From Bacteroidales bacterium (GTDB lineage Bacteria > Bacteroidota > Bacteroidia > Bacteroidales > VadinHA17): a DNA stretch of 64,000 nucleotides. The stretch is from positions 8,636 to 72,635 of the forward strand of contig JASJGS010000028.1 of assembly GCA_033791445.1 (NCBI GenBank), in the 5' to 3' direction. Made by a program: the position numbers and the translations under genes. Each line of letters opens with the position of its first letter. Position 1 is the first letter of the stretch. The notes under the pieces were generated by a model. It worked only from the letters and a program-made list of their open reading frames with translations. It was not told the origin of the DNA and searched no databases. Below are positions 11,795 to 20,922 of this stretch, piece by piece.

Positions 11795-11806
11795 GCTGCA
11801 AAGATA
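11795..11806 (-). promoter_or_regulatory. Bacteroidota primary-sigma -7 element for rpsO-pnp
   Basis: TATCTTTGCAGC on the minus strand matches TAnnTTTG. Confidence 0.7.
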
Positions 11807-11988
11807 AGTCTTTTTTTAAATTTTTCAACACATGAATAGATTTTTTCTCTAAAACCACATAATATACTAATAATTTAAAATAGAGGAATAAATATCCTTT
11901 ATCTAATCATGTCTATGAGTCTTAATAAATCCAGAGTGATTTCAATTATTAATTGGCTTCTGCCGATTCGATGAAACTACTTTTTCTA

Positions 11989-13014
11989 TTATTCAGAACC
12001 AGTATTCCCGGCAATCAGCAAACCTTTTAACTTTTCAATTTGAATGGGTCCTCCAAGTACGAAGAGTTTATCTTCAGGGGAAAGTATTACATCCGGGGAT
12101 GGATTAAAGATATAATCTACCTTCTTTTTCATTCCAACTATATTCGCACCCGTGATATTTCGAATTCCAAGTTCCTTTATGGTTTTATTTGAAAAACAAT
12201 CGGCCATATTCTCACAGGACAATTCTTCAAGTTTAACATCATCAGTCCCCTGAAGTAAAATATATTCCAGAAATTCCACCACATCAGGCTGAATAACAAG
12301 CTTGGCCATCCTTTGCCCCCCAATTTTATCAGGCATAATGACATTATTGGCTCCGGCTCGCTTTAATTTACTATCGGATCTATCCTCTGATGCCCTGCTT
12401 ATTATTTTCAGAGTAAGATTCATCTGACGTGCCGTAAGTACCACAAATAAGTTATCTGCATCATTTGGGAGTGTAGTAATCAAAGCATCAGCATTTTTTA
12501 TTTGAGCAGCCTCAAGCACATCTTCATGTGTGACATCTCCTTCGATGTATAGATAATCTGTATCTTCCCTAATCTCATCTAAAATCTTTTGATCATTTTC
12601 AATAATTACAAACTTCATCTTGTGATCAATTAATTCCACCACACCCTGTCTTCCATTTCTGCCATATCCACAAATAATCACATGTCCTGATAATTTCCGA
12701 ATTCTCTTTTTCACTTTATTGTCTTTAAAATAATTTCTAAATACCCCTTCAACTAAAAACCTTGTAAAAGATGTAACTACGTATAAAAATATTCCAAAAC
12801 TGAAGATAATAAGCAGAGATGTAAATAACATTCCTGTATTATCCAGCTGGTGAACTTCCTCATAACCAACGGTTGAAATGGTTATGATTGTCATAAATAG
12901 GGCTTCAGTAAAAGTAAACTTCTCGAATACCATAAAACCCAAAACCCCTAAGGAAACAGCAACACCCAACATTATGAAGCCGATAACAATATGCTTGAAT
13001 TGCCTTTCTCTCAT
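11989..13014 (-). CDS. Potassium channel with TrkA-N/TrkA-C (RCK) domains
   Basis: Filter-like TISTVGY; IICGYGRNG Rossmann motif. Confidence 0.92.
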   Translation of the reverse strand: MRERQFKHIVIGFIMLGVAVSLGVLGFMVFEKFTFTEALFMTIITISTVGYEEVHQLDNTGMLFTSLLIIFSFGIFLYVVTSFTRFLVEGVFRNYFKDNKVKKRIRKLSGHVIICGYGRNGRQGVVELIDHKMKFVIIENDQKILDEIREDTDYLYIEGDVTHEDVLEAAQIKNADALITTLPNDADNLFVVLTARQMNLTLKIISRASEDRSDSKLKRAGANNVIMPDKIGGQRMAKLVIQPDVVEFLEYILLQGTDDVKLEELSCENMADCFSNKTIKELGIRNITGANIVGMKKKVDYIFNPSPDVILSPEDKLFVLGGPIQIEKLKGLLIAGNTGSE

Positions 13015-14288
13015 GATTTGTTAAATATAATAATTTGATTTCCTATCTCGCAATTTAGACACTTTTTATTCTTACAATAGTTGTTTTTTAATTGAATTAG
13101 AGCCTGGGAATAAAAGGCACTTGTCGACTTTACCCCTAGCCGTTTCCATTGAGAAATTATATTATTTTTTTCTGGTGGGATTTTATCCAAAAAATCTATG
13201 GCTCTGTTTTTTATTTCTACCTCATCCTTCATTGCTCCATAAATGAAAAGGAATGGTATGACAGTATTAATCAAAATTGAATATTGGGAATCTAGCCCCA
13301 TATTTTTTGATTTTAAAACTGAACTTTTGTTAAATTGAAAATGGTTGTTCCAATAAGAGGAAACCTCGAAATTGAATATGGATAACACTTCCTCAATGGT
13401 TTCTGCCTCAATTATACGAGAGAACAAACTTTCAGTTGAATAAATTAAAGCTGCAAACTGTGCAATTCTAATGCTTGGGAAATTCATGGGTCGCATTCGC
13501 ATAAACTTCCACAAATGCCCCTCAATTGATTTTAAATGATACTTCTTCTTTAAAAACCCATATTCATTTCTCAAGCTTACATAATAGTCATCACCAAAAA
13601 TTTCCCCATCCAGCAAACCAGCCTGTCCAAAAAGTAATGCCTCAATCTTAAAAACACTTTCCTTATTTTGTATGAGGTACTTGAGCGGAAGTGAACGAGC
13701 CAATCTTTCGAATTGTAGACTATTCACTTTGAAGCCAAAGCTTTTTGCCATTCCCTGGTAAAAGCTTTCTTCCCAACTGTTTTTATTATTCTCAAGTAGA
13801 GTCTTGAAATCATCCGTTTTGTCATGAAGGCGCTCTACCAGAACTTTTCCTAACCAATGCTTGATCCTAAATGGATCTACTTTATATATATCCCTTTCAC
13901 AAGGGATCCACAAATTACTCTTTAAAATCTCATTGTATTTATCATAATACTTAGCATCAGGTTTAATCACCAGGGTAGTAATTAAACGATCATCCATTCT
14001 TTTTGCTGGTTTATCATCTTTTAAAACCACATGTAGTATCACGCTATCGTAGGCTGGATCAATATTATGTTTATGACGATTCCAATCGGAGGACTTTAAA
14101 TGCATTTCAACATTACCAGCCCATAAGATTCCATCAATTTCAACTTTCGCATTAAAAAAATCCGGACCAGCATCACTATTACTCTCACCCGGATCAAGAA
14201 CAATAATATCCTCCTCATTAGTTCCAACTAAATTATCAGTTAGAAATAATTGATTTTTCCACAAAAATTGTAAAAAATCCTCACTCAT
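13011..14288 (-). CDS. DUF2851 family protein
   Basis: MSEDFLQFLW, GPDFFNA, GNVEMH, RPMNFPSIRIAQ, C-terminal C..K.CLNC. Confidence 0.9.
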   Translation of the reverse strand: MSEDFLQFLWKNQLFLTDNLVGTNEEDIIVLDPGESNSDAGPDFFNAKVEIDGILWAGNVEMHLKSSDWNRHKHNIDPAYDSVILHVVLKDDKPAKRMDDRLITTLVIKPDAKYYDKYNEILKSNLWIPCERDIYKVDPFRIKHWLGKVLVERLHDKTDDFKTLLENNKNSWEESFYQGMAKSFGFKVNSLQFERLARSLPLKYLIQNKESVFKIEALLFGQAGLLDGEIFGDDYYVSLRNEYGFLKKKYHLKSIEGHLWKFMRMRPMNFPSIRIAQFAALIYSTESLFSRIIEAETIEEVLSIFNFEVSSYWNNHFQFNKSSVLKSKNMGLDSQYSILINTVIPFLFIYGAMKDEVEIKNRAIDFLDKIPPEKNNIISQWKRLGVKSTSAFYSQALIQLKNNYCKNKKCLNCEIGNQIIIFNKS

Positions 14289-14390
14289 TATCAGGTGCTT
14301 CAACTATTATTTTAAAAGCTGAAAAGATAATAAAAAAAGTCTTTCTTATAAAAATTGTGAGAGGCAAAGCAGATATATTTGAAGAAATGA

Positions 14391-14511
14391 ATGCCCAAAT
14401 TCGGACATTGCTTGTATCAAATCCGAACAAATACTTTCTTAATAAATCACACCAATTAATATTCAATACACTGTATATATGCCATTTACAAGATTTGGCA
14501 TAGTATATGAT
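14391..14511 (+). promoter_or_regulatory. Putative sigma54 promoter 1 with tandem enhancer boxes
   Basis: Boxes at 14391-14407 and 14413-14429; TGGCATAGTATATGA at 14496-14510. Confidence 0.65.
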
Positions 14512-14542
14512 TTAATATAAGCAGATTCGCTAAATAATAAAT

Positions 14543-14791
14543 ATGACACGAATTATAAAAACTATAAAGTACTATGTAAACTATTTGTTGTTCGCCGACA
14601 GCAGGAAAGTTATTTATGTATTAGCTTCAAAAGAAGAAGTTATGCATAATACTGGTACACAGCATATCAGAAGAATTAGCAGCCACGAAAACACTTCAAT
14701 TATGCATAACTTACATCAAAATTGTGTAAGATTTTCGAGATATCCAAATATTAACAGGCAAATAAATCCTTTGGATTATCATAAATATTGA
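14543..14791 (+). CDS. Possible small ORF (82 aa), or non-coding leader
   Basis: ATG about 20 nt after the predicted sigma54 start site; no recognisable motif. Confidence 0.25.
   Translation: MTRIIKTIKYYVNYLLFADSRKVIYVLASKEEVMHNTGTQHIRRISSHENTSIMHNLHQNCVRFSRYPNINRQINPLDYHKY
14637..14712. repeat. 14-bp perfect inverted repeat with a 48-bp spacer
   Basis: AAGTTATGCATAAT (14637-14650) / ATTATGCATAACTT (14699-14712). Confidence 0.8.
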
Positions 14792-14844
14792 ATTAACCAG
14801 GAATTACTAAATACATAGTTTAATATTAATTAAAATTTGCAGCC

Positions 14845-15336
14845 ATGAAAAAAATGATTAGTTTATTCGTATTAATTGCCGCCTTTAGTTTTGCAGCAAT
14901 TGCAGATTCTTTCGTAATGAAGGGTAAGACTCACACTGCCCTTGGAAAATACACCATTGAAGAAGCATCAGATCCGATTAGTATTGATGGTGTAGAATTA
15001 GAAACCTATATTATCTCATATGAAAATTCTTCCAAGAAAGTAAGAGTGGCCATTGAAAAGGATGATAAAAAGGATAGTAAAAACTATATTGTAGTTGGCG
15101 ATGACCTTTCATTACAATACACGTGCGATAGTAGAACTTTTGGAGTTGAAAAGCTTGATAAAAAATATAAATCGTCGGGTATAGAAACTTCAATTGATGA
15201 CTTAGACAAAACAGAATATTTCCATCAAAAGGTTATTACACGCGAGAAAAGTAAGGAAAAAGATTGTCTTGGATTAATTGCTTGCTATTATCCAAAACTT
15301 GTAAACAATTATGAAGAAGCCTTTGCTTGCAAGTAA
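14845..15336 (+). CDS. Uncharacterised secreted protein
   Basis: Sec signal peptide (MKKMISLFVLIAAFSFA); four Cys; followed by a terminator. Confidence 0.85.
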   Translation: MKKMISLFVLIAAFSFAAIADSFVMKGKTHTALGKYTIEEASDPISIDGVELETYIISYENSSKKVRVAIEKDDKKDSKNYIVVGDDLSLQYTCDSRTFGVEKLDKKYKSSGIETSIDDLDKTEYFHQKVITREKSKEKDCLGLIACYYPKLVNNYEEAFACK

Positions 15337-15359
15337 ACAGATTTCATAAATGAATTAGA

Positions 15360-15394
15360 AGAAAGGAAGTCCCTATGGACTTCCTTTCTTTTTT
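15360..15394 (+). terminator. Intrinsic terminator
   Basis: agaaaggaagtcc-ctat-ggacttcctttct followed by a T-run. Confidence 0.9.
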
Positions 15395-15444
15395 ATATCA
15401 AGGCGTTTTAGATCACTTTTTATTAAATTAAAAGTAGGACTACA

Positions 15445-15566
15445 ATTCCCATTTCCGTACAGGTTTTGTTTCATATTCGTACAGTATTTCCTTAAGGAAA
15501 AATCGATCATTTCAATACTATATATCTAAATTATAGCCCCTTAGGCCAAATGGCACATTTTATGTA
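15445..15566 (+). promoter_or_regulatory. Putative sigma54 promoter 2 with tandem enhancer boxes, upstream of susC
   Basis: Boxes at 15445-15461 and 15467-15483; TGGCACATTTTATGT at 15551-15565; same geometry as promoter 1. Confidence 0.65.
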
Positions 15567-15675
15567 CATTTTTTTAATGCCTGGTTAATTACTAATATTT
15601 TTATTGAAGTCTTCAGAATATCTGGAGAAAGATTTGTAACTGATAGTACTAATTATAAAATGAAAAGTATGGAAT

Positions 15676-15757
15676 AAAAAAACAATCCCTGGTACTGGTA
15701 ATACCAAGGATTGAAAATTAAAACTTCCTTTTTCCGGGTGGATTAAAGAAGATTATG
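15676..15757 (-). ncRNA. Putative ~80-nt antisense sRNA in the susC leader
   Basis: Minus-strand TTTG-N19-TATTTTTA promoter (15791-15761); 13-bp terminator stem 15683-15713 whose two mismatches are G-U pairs only on the minus strand; U7 tail; no ORF. Confidence 0.55.
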
Positions 15758-15989
15758 AGGTAAAAATACAAGAAAAACGAAAAACCACAAACTTTAAGAA
15801 TTAAATATTCTTAATTCCAATTCCCCCTCACAATCTTTCTGAATTTATTTTCTAAGAGGAAGTTACATGATGCAACGGTCTTATTGCATCACTTATGTGA
15901 CTGATGCATCCTACCAAACAATAATTAACGTCTCCAATATCTCAAGAATATTGTTGCATTGATAATATTAATAACCTAAAAATTAGCCT

Positions 15990-18900
15990 ATGAAAAAAAA
16001 ATTGTTTCTATTAGGAATTATTGTGCTCGCTGGAATCTTATCAGTTAATGCACAAACCATTAATGTTTCTGGTACCATAACCAGTGCCGATGATGGAAGT
16101 ACGCTTCCGGGAGTATCGGTGGTAGTTAAAGGGAATACATCTATAGGTACCGTTACAGATCTTAATGGAAAATACCAGATTGCAGTGCCAATTGATAATC
16201 AGGTACTGGTTTTCAGCTTTGTTGGGATGATTACTCAGGAAGCAAATATTAATGGCCGTTCGGTTATTGATATAAGACTGGAAACTGAAGTAACTGAACT
16301 GTCAGAGGTAATAATTACTGCTGCTGGTATCCGCCGAGAAAAAAAAGCCCTCGGGTATTCTGTTGAAGAAGTTGGTGGAGATCAAATCCAGCAAGTCGCA
16401 GAACCTGATGCCTTAAGAGCACTCCAGGGAAAAATTCCGGGAGTAAATATCACTGGTGCCAGTGGGGCACCTGGAAGTTCAACTCGCATAACCATAAGGG
16501 GAAATTCATCCTTAATGGGGAATAATCAACCTTTGTTTGTTGTTGATGGAATTCCCTATGACAATACTACTAACTCCATGTTCTCAGGATCGGCTAATGG
16601 CTCGGCTACTGGAAGTAGGATTGGCGATCTTGACCCAAATAGTATTGAATCCATCATTGTTCTTAAAGGGGGTGCAGCCGCAGTTCTATATGGTTCCAGA
16701 GCTGCGAACGGTGTTGTACTTGTAACCACAAAATCTGGGAATGCAATTGCGAAGAAAAAAGGTCTGGAAGTAACCTATAATGGTTCATTTGGAATTGAAC
16801 AAATCTCAAATCTCCCAGAATACCAGAACACTTATGGCACAGGTACAAACTTTAACTACCAGCAGGCAAATGGTTCCTGGGGTGCTCCATTTATTGGAAC
16901 GCAGCCCTATGCGAATACTGATTCAATTGCACACTGGTATGATGGAAGACCAGGAATGGATAGTTATTGGGGAACTCAGGTACCCTACCGAGCTTATCCA
17001 GATAATGTTAGTAAACTATTTGAAAATGGAGTAATTATAGACAATTCCATAACAATAAATGCTGGAAACGAGAAATCAGCCTTATCTATTACTGCCTCTC
17101 ATTTAAGTCACGATGGATATGTACCCACTACGAATTATAAAAGAACCAATGTTAGTGTGGGTGGACAGTCCCAGCTTGAGAATGGGATAAGAGTGGGTGG
17201 TGTCATTGCGTACACACAAAGCTCCCAGGAAGCAGTTCAAAGTGGAGTAGGTAGTGTAGGTTCAAACAACCAATCTGCTTTTGCAAGGGCACTTTATCTT
17301 GGAAGGAACTGGGATGTTCATGGTCAACCTTTTCAGAATCCCGTTGACCTGGGAAGTGAATTTATGGTTGGACGCGGACAGGCAGACAACCCACTTTGGT
17401 CATATGAAAATGCTGGGTTTGAATCTTTGACAAAAAGAATAAATGCCAATCTAAATTTTGGTTTCGATATAACAGAGTGGCTTGATCTAAGCTATAAAAT
17501 TGGAGTGGACTCATATACTGAAAGCCAGAGGGACTTTATTCGTCCTGGATCAACCGGTGCTCAGGGATTGGGAAGGATTACTACCTACGATATCTCCTGG
17601 AATCAGCTTGAATCAAACCTGATGCTAACCTTTAACAAGTACTTTGGAGAGGATTGGAATTTGCGTGTTGTACTTGGGCATAATATAAATCAAAGGACTC
17701 GAGGTTCTCAGGCAGTTCAAGGTACTGGATATGTTGTTTTCGATATTGATGACCTAAACAATACCAATGCAGTGGTTCCTTTTGGTGGCGGATTCGAACA
17801 AAAAAGGATATGGGGAATTTTTGGAGACATTAGCCTTGGATTCAGAGGCTGGGCATACCTTGGAATAACCGGACGAAATGACTGGTCCTCCACATTACCA
17901 AAGGAAAACAATAGTTATTTCTATCCAGCCATAACAGGCTCGGTAATGCTAAATGATGCCTTGAATATTGAATCCTTTGTCTTAAGTTCCTTAAAATTAA
18001 GAGCAGCCTGGTCACAGGTAGGTAATGATACGCAGCCTTATCAAATAAGTCCTGTCTATTATATTAATTACACCTACCCAACTACTCCTAATCCTACTGC
18101 AGAATTACCTTTCACACCAACAGGAGGATCAACTTCCCCAGGTGCATCACTGGAATTTACAGAAAGGGATCCGAACCTTAAGCCAGAAAGAACTGATGAA
18201 TTAGAATTTGGGTTAGATCTTTATATGTTCAATAGAAGGATCGGTGTAAACTTCACCTATTATGACAGAATTGCAAAAGATCAAATTGCACCTGTTTCAC
18301 TTCCAGTAAGTACTGGGTTTAGCCAGCTATTAACAAATTTTGGTAAAATGCAGAACAAAGGAGTTGAAATTGGACTTCAGCTAACTCCATTCGACATGAG
18401 TTCGGGTTTCCGCTGGGATATATTTGGAACTTTTACACATAATAAAAATGTTGTACTGGAATTGGCGGACGGGGTTGAAGAAATTACAATATTGCAGGGT
18501 AATGTTGGAGGAAGCCCCACCTATTTCTCTGGGATGGCCTCAGCTATTCTTAGACCAGGCCAGGAATATGGTCTTTTAAAAGGATCTGTTAGCGCCAGAG
18601 ATCAAGATGGTAACTTATTAATTGATCCATCGAATGGACAGTTAATTAGGGACCCAAATGAAGCTATCATTGGGAATCCAAATCCGGATTTTATTGTCGG
18701 GGTTACAAATACTTTTCAATATAAAGGTTTCCGGTTAACAGCAGTTTTTGATTGGAGGCAAGGCGGAGATCTCTACTCCAACACCATTCTATCAATGTTG
18801 GGCAGAGGTGTACTCAAGTTTACTGAAGATAGGGAAATGATGAGAATTATTCCCGGCGTGTACGGTGATCCCAATACCTATGAGCCCATTCGGGATGGTG

Positions 18901-19256
18901 AGGGAAATAAAATTGTAAACACTACTATGGTAGAAACGAACTCTCTCTTCTTCGGTGAAACCTTTGCTATAAATTCAGCAAATGAGTGGAATGTTTATGA
19001 TGCTACAGTTTATCGCTTAAGAGAAGTTACACTGGGTTACGAATTTCCTCAATCAATAATAGAGAAATCACCATTTGGAAGAATCGCTCTATCAATAACA
19101 GGTAGAAACTTGTGGTTCAGAGCTCCCAATTTCCCTGAATCAACCAACTATGATCCAGAGATCAATCAATATGGTGCTTCAAATATCCAGGGTATAGAAT
19201 ATAGCACTACGCCATCGACCAGAAGGTTTACATTCAATGTTAGTTTAACCTTTTAA
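15990..19256 (+). CDS. susC: SusC/RagA-family TonB-dependent outer membrane transporter
   Basis: N-terminal extension (LPGVSV), plug (PLFVVDG, LKGGAAAVLYGSRAANGV), NPNLKPE-like motif, C-terminal Phe. Confidence 0.97.
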   Translation: MKKKLFLLGIIVLAGILSVNAQTINVSGTITSADDGSTLPGVSVVVKGNTSIGTVTDLNGKYQIAVPIDNQVLVFSFVGMITQEANINGRSVIDIRLETEVTELSEVIITAAGIRREKKALGYSVEEVGGDQIQQVAEPDALRALQGKIPGVNITGASGAPGSSTRITIRGNSSLMGNNQPLFVVDGIPYDNTTNSMFSGSANGSATGSRIGDLDPNSIESIIVLKGGAAAVLYGSRAANGVVLVTTKSGNAIAKKKGLEVTYNGSFGIEQISNLPEYQNTYGTGTNFNYQQANGSWGAPFIGTQPYANTDSIAHWYDGRPGMDSYWGTQVPYRAYPDNVSKLFENGVIIDNSITINAGNEKSALSITASHLSHDGYVPTTNYKRTNVSVGGQSQLENGIRVGGVIAYTQSSQEAVQSGVGSVGSNNQSAFARALYLGRNWDVHGQPFQNPVDLGSEFMVGRGQADNPLWSYENAGFESLTKRINANLNFGFDITEWLDLSYKIGVDSYTESQRDFIRPGSTGAQGLGRITTYDISWNQLESNLMLTFNKYFGEDWNLRVVLGHNINQRTRGSQAVQGTGYVVFDIDDLNNTNAVVPFGGGFEQKRIWGIFGDISLGFRGWAYLGITGRNDWSSTLPKENNSYFYPAITGSVMLNDALNIESFVLSSLKLRAAWSQVGNDTQPYQISPVYYINYTYPTTPNPTAELPFTPTGGSTSPGASLEFTERDPNLKPERTDELEFGLDLYMFNRRIGVNFTYYDRIAKDQIAPVSLPVSTGFSQLLTNFGKMQNKGVEIGLQLTPFDMSSGFRWDIFGTFTHNKNVVLELADGVEEITILQGNVGGSPTYFSGMASAILRPGQEYGLLKGSVSARDQDGNLLIDPSNGQLIRDPNEAIIGNPNPDFIVGVTNTFQYKGFRLTAVFDWRQGGDLYSNTILSMLGRGVLKFTEDREMMRIIPGVYGDPNTYEPIRDGEGNKIVNTTMVETNSLFFGETFAINSANEWNVYDATVYRLREVTLGYEFPQSIIEKSPFGRIALSITGRNLWFRAPNFPESTNYDPEINQYGASNIQGIEYSTTPSTRRFTFNVSLTF

Positions 19257-19267
19257 AAAACAGAATT

Positions 19268-20902
19268 ATGAAAAACATAAGAATAAAATATATAGTTTCA
19301 ATCGCCCTGGCTTCGATGCTTGTAATGCTTAGTGGCTGCGAGAAATGGCTGGATATCAATGAGGATCCAAATAATCCAACAGAGGTGCCTGTTAGTCAAT
19401 TGCTCACTGCTGTTGAAATAGATCTTGCCGGTTCATTGGGAAGCTCAGTCGGTGGACTGTCAGGTTATACTTCTGCTACTGTTCATCATATGTTTCAACG
19501 GGGTAATACTGCACAGTTCTACGACCTACAAGGAACTGATTTTGAAGTTATAACACCATGGAATATCATGTACCAAAGATTACTAACAGGCGTACGCCAA
19601 ATAATTGATCTGGGAACAGCAAGTGAGGGAAACGAAGACTGGCACTATGTCGGAATTTCCCAAATCATGAAAGCTTATACATTCAGTCTGTTGGTAGATG
19701 TTTGGGGAGATGTTCCCTATACAGAATCAAATCAGGGTGCGGAATTACGTGCTCCGCATTATGATAATGGGCAGAGTATCTATCCACAATTATTTCAAAT
19801 GATTGATGAAGGACTTTCTAACCTTGAGAAAGAATCATTTTTATCACCTGGAACAGATGACGTCATTTACCAGGGAGATTTGGATAAATGGAAAAAGTTT
19901 GCCAAAACCTTGAAATTGAAAATGTACAATCAGATAAGACTGGTTGAGGATGTTTCTGCTGAAGTTGCTACCCTTTTGGCCGATGAAAGTGAATTAATTG
20001 GCCCGGAGGATGATTTCGAGTTTCAATATGGAGCAGCTGTAGCACCTATGAACAGGAATCCAGGTTATCAGCAGGAATATACACCAGGAGGTTCATACTA
20101 TTATATCAATCCTTATTTCTATGAGATTTTGATGGGACAAAATTCTTTCTTCCCGGTAGAAGGAAATCCATATCTTGGAATTGTAGATCCCAGGGTACCC
20201 TATTATTTCTATAACCAGCTTGCATCAGGGCAGGATGCGGAAAACCCTGTAGCATACAGGAATGGGGATTTTGTCTCTGTATATATGTATTCATATAATA
20301 TCGATCCAAATGAGGGATTTGATCAGGCATCATCTCAAACTATTGCTGGACTCTACCCGCTGGGAGGACGATATGATGATGGAAATGGAGGGATTGCCAG
20401 CTTTAATGGCGCCGGAGATACTCCGCAGCGAATGTTAACCTACTTTTCAAGATTGTATACTCAGGCAGAAATGGCATTGGTAGGAGTAACCAACCAGGAT
20501 CCGGCTCAATTGCTCGAAGATGCAATTCAAGCATCCTATGACAAGGTTAATGAAGTAGCATCAGCGGCAGGAGCCCCTCCAATAGTCCAATCTGAAATTG
20601 ACGATTATATCGATGAAGTTATGCTTCTTTATGATGCCTCAGATAATGACGGGAAACTTCGTCATATAATGACTCAGAAGTGGATAGCCAATTATGGTTC
20701 TGCTGTAGATTCATATACTGATTACAGACGGACCGGGTATCCTCTATTGCACAATGGGAATACGGATAATCTAGATGTAACTGTCCAAACAAGAGACTAT
20801 CCAGTATCATATCCATGGAAGTCTGATGACCTTTCAGTAAACCAAAATGCACCTAACCAGAAAAACATCACTATGTTCAAGGTGTTCTGGGATGCGAATT
20901 AG
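19268..20902 (+). CDS. susD: SusD/RagB-family lipoprotein
   Basis: Lipobox LSGC, DINEDPNNP, VDVWGDVPY, QKWIA, DYRRTGYP. Confidence 0.95.
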   Translation: MKNIRIKYIVSIALASMLVMLSGCEKWLDINEDPNNPTEVPVSQLLTAVEIDLAGSLGSSVGGLSGYTSATVHHMFQRGNTAQFYDLQGTDFEVITPWNIMYQRLLTGVRQIIDLGTASEGNEDWHYVGISQIMKAYTFSLLVDVWGDVPYTESNQGAELRAPHYDNGQSIYPQLFQMIDEGLSNLEKESFLSPGTDDVIYQGDLDKWKKFAKTLKLKMYNQIRLVEDVSAEVATLLADESELIGPEDDFEFQYGAAVAPMNRNPGYQQEYTPGGSYYYINPYFYEILMGQNSFFPVEGNPYLGIVDPRVPYYFYNQLASGQDAENPVAYRNGDFVSVYMYSYNIDPNEGFDQASSQTIAGLYPLGGRYDDGNGGIASFNGAGDTPQRMLTYFSRLYTQAEMALVGVTNQDPAQLLEDAIQASYDKVNEVASAAGAPPIVQSEIDDYIDEVMLLYDASDNDGKLRHIMTQKWIANYGSAVDSYTDYRRTGYPLLHNGNTDNLDVTVQTRDYPVSYPWKSDDLSVNQNAPNQKNITMFKVFWDAN

Positions 20903-20922
20903 AAACGTAAAAACAAAAAATT

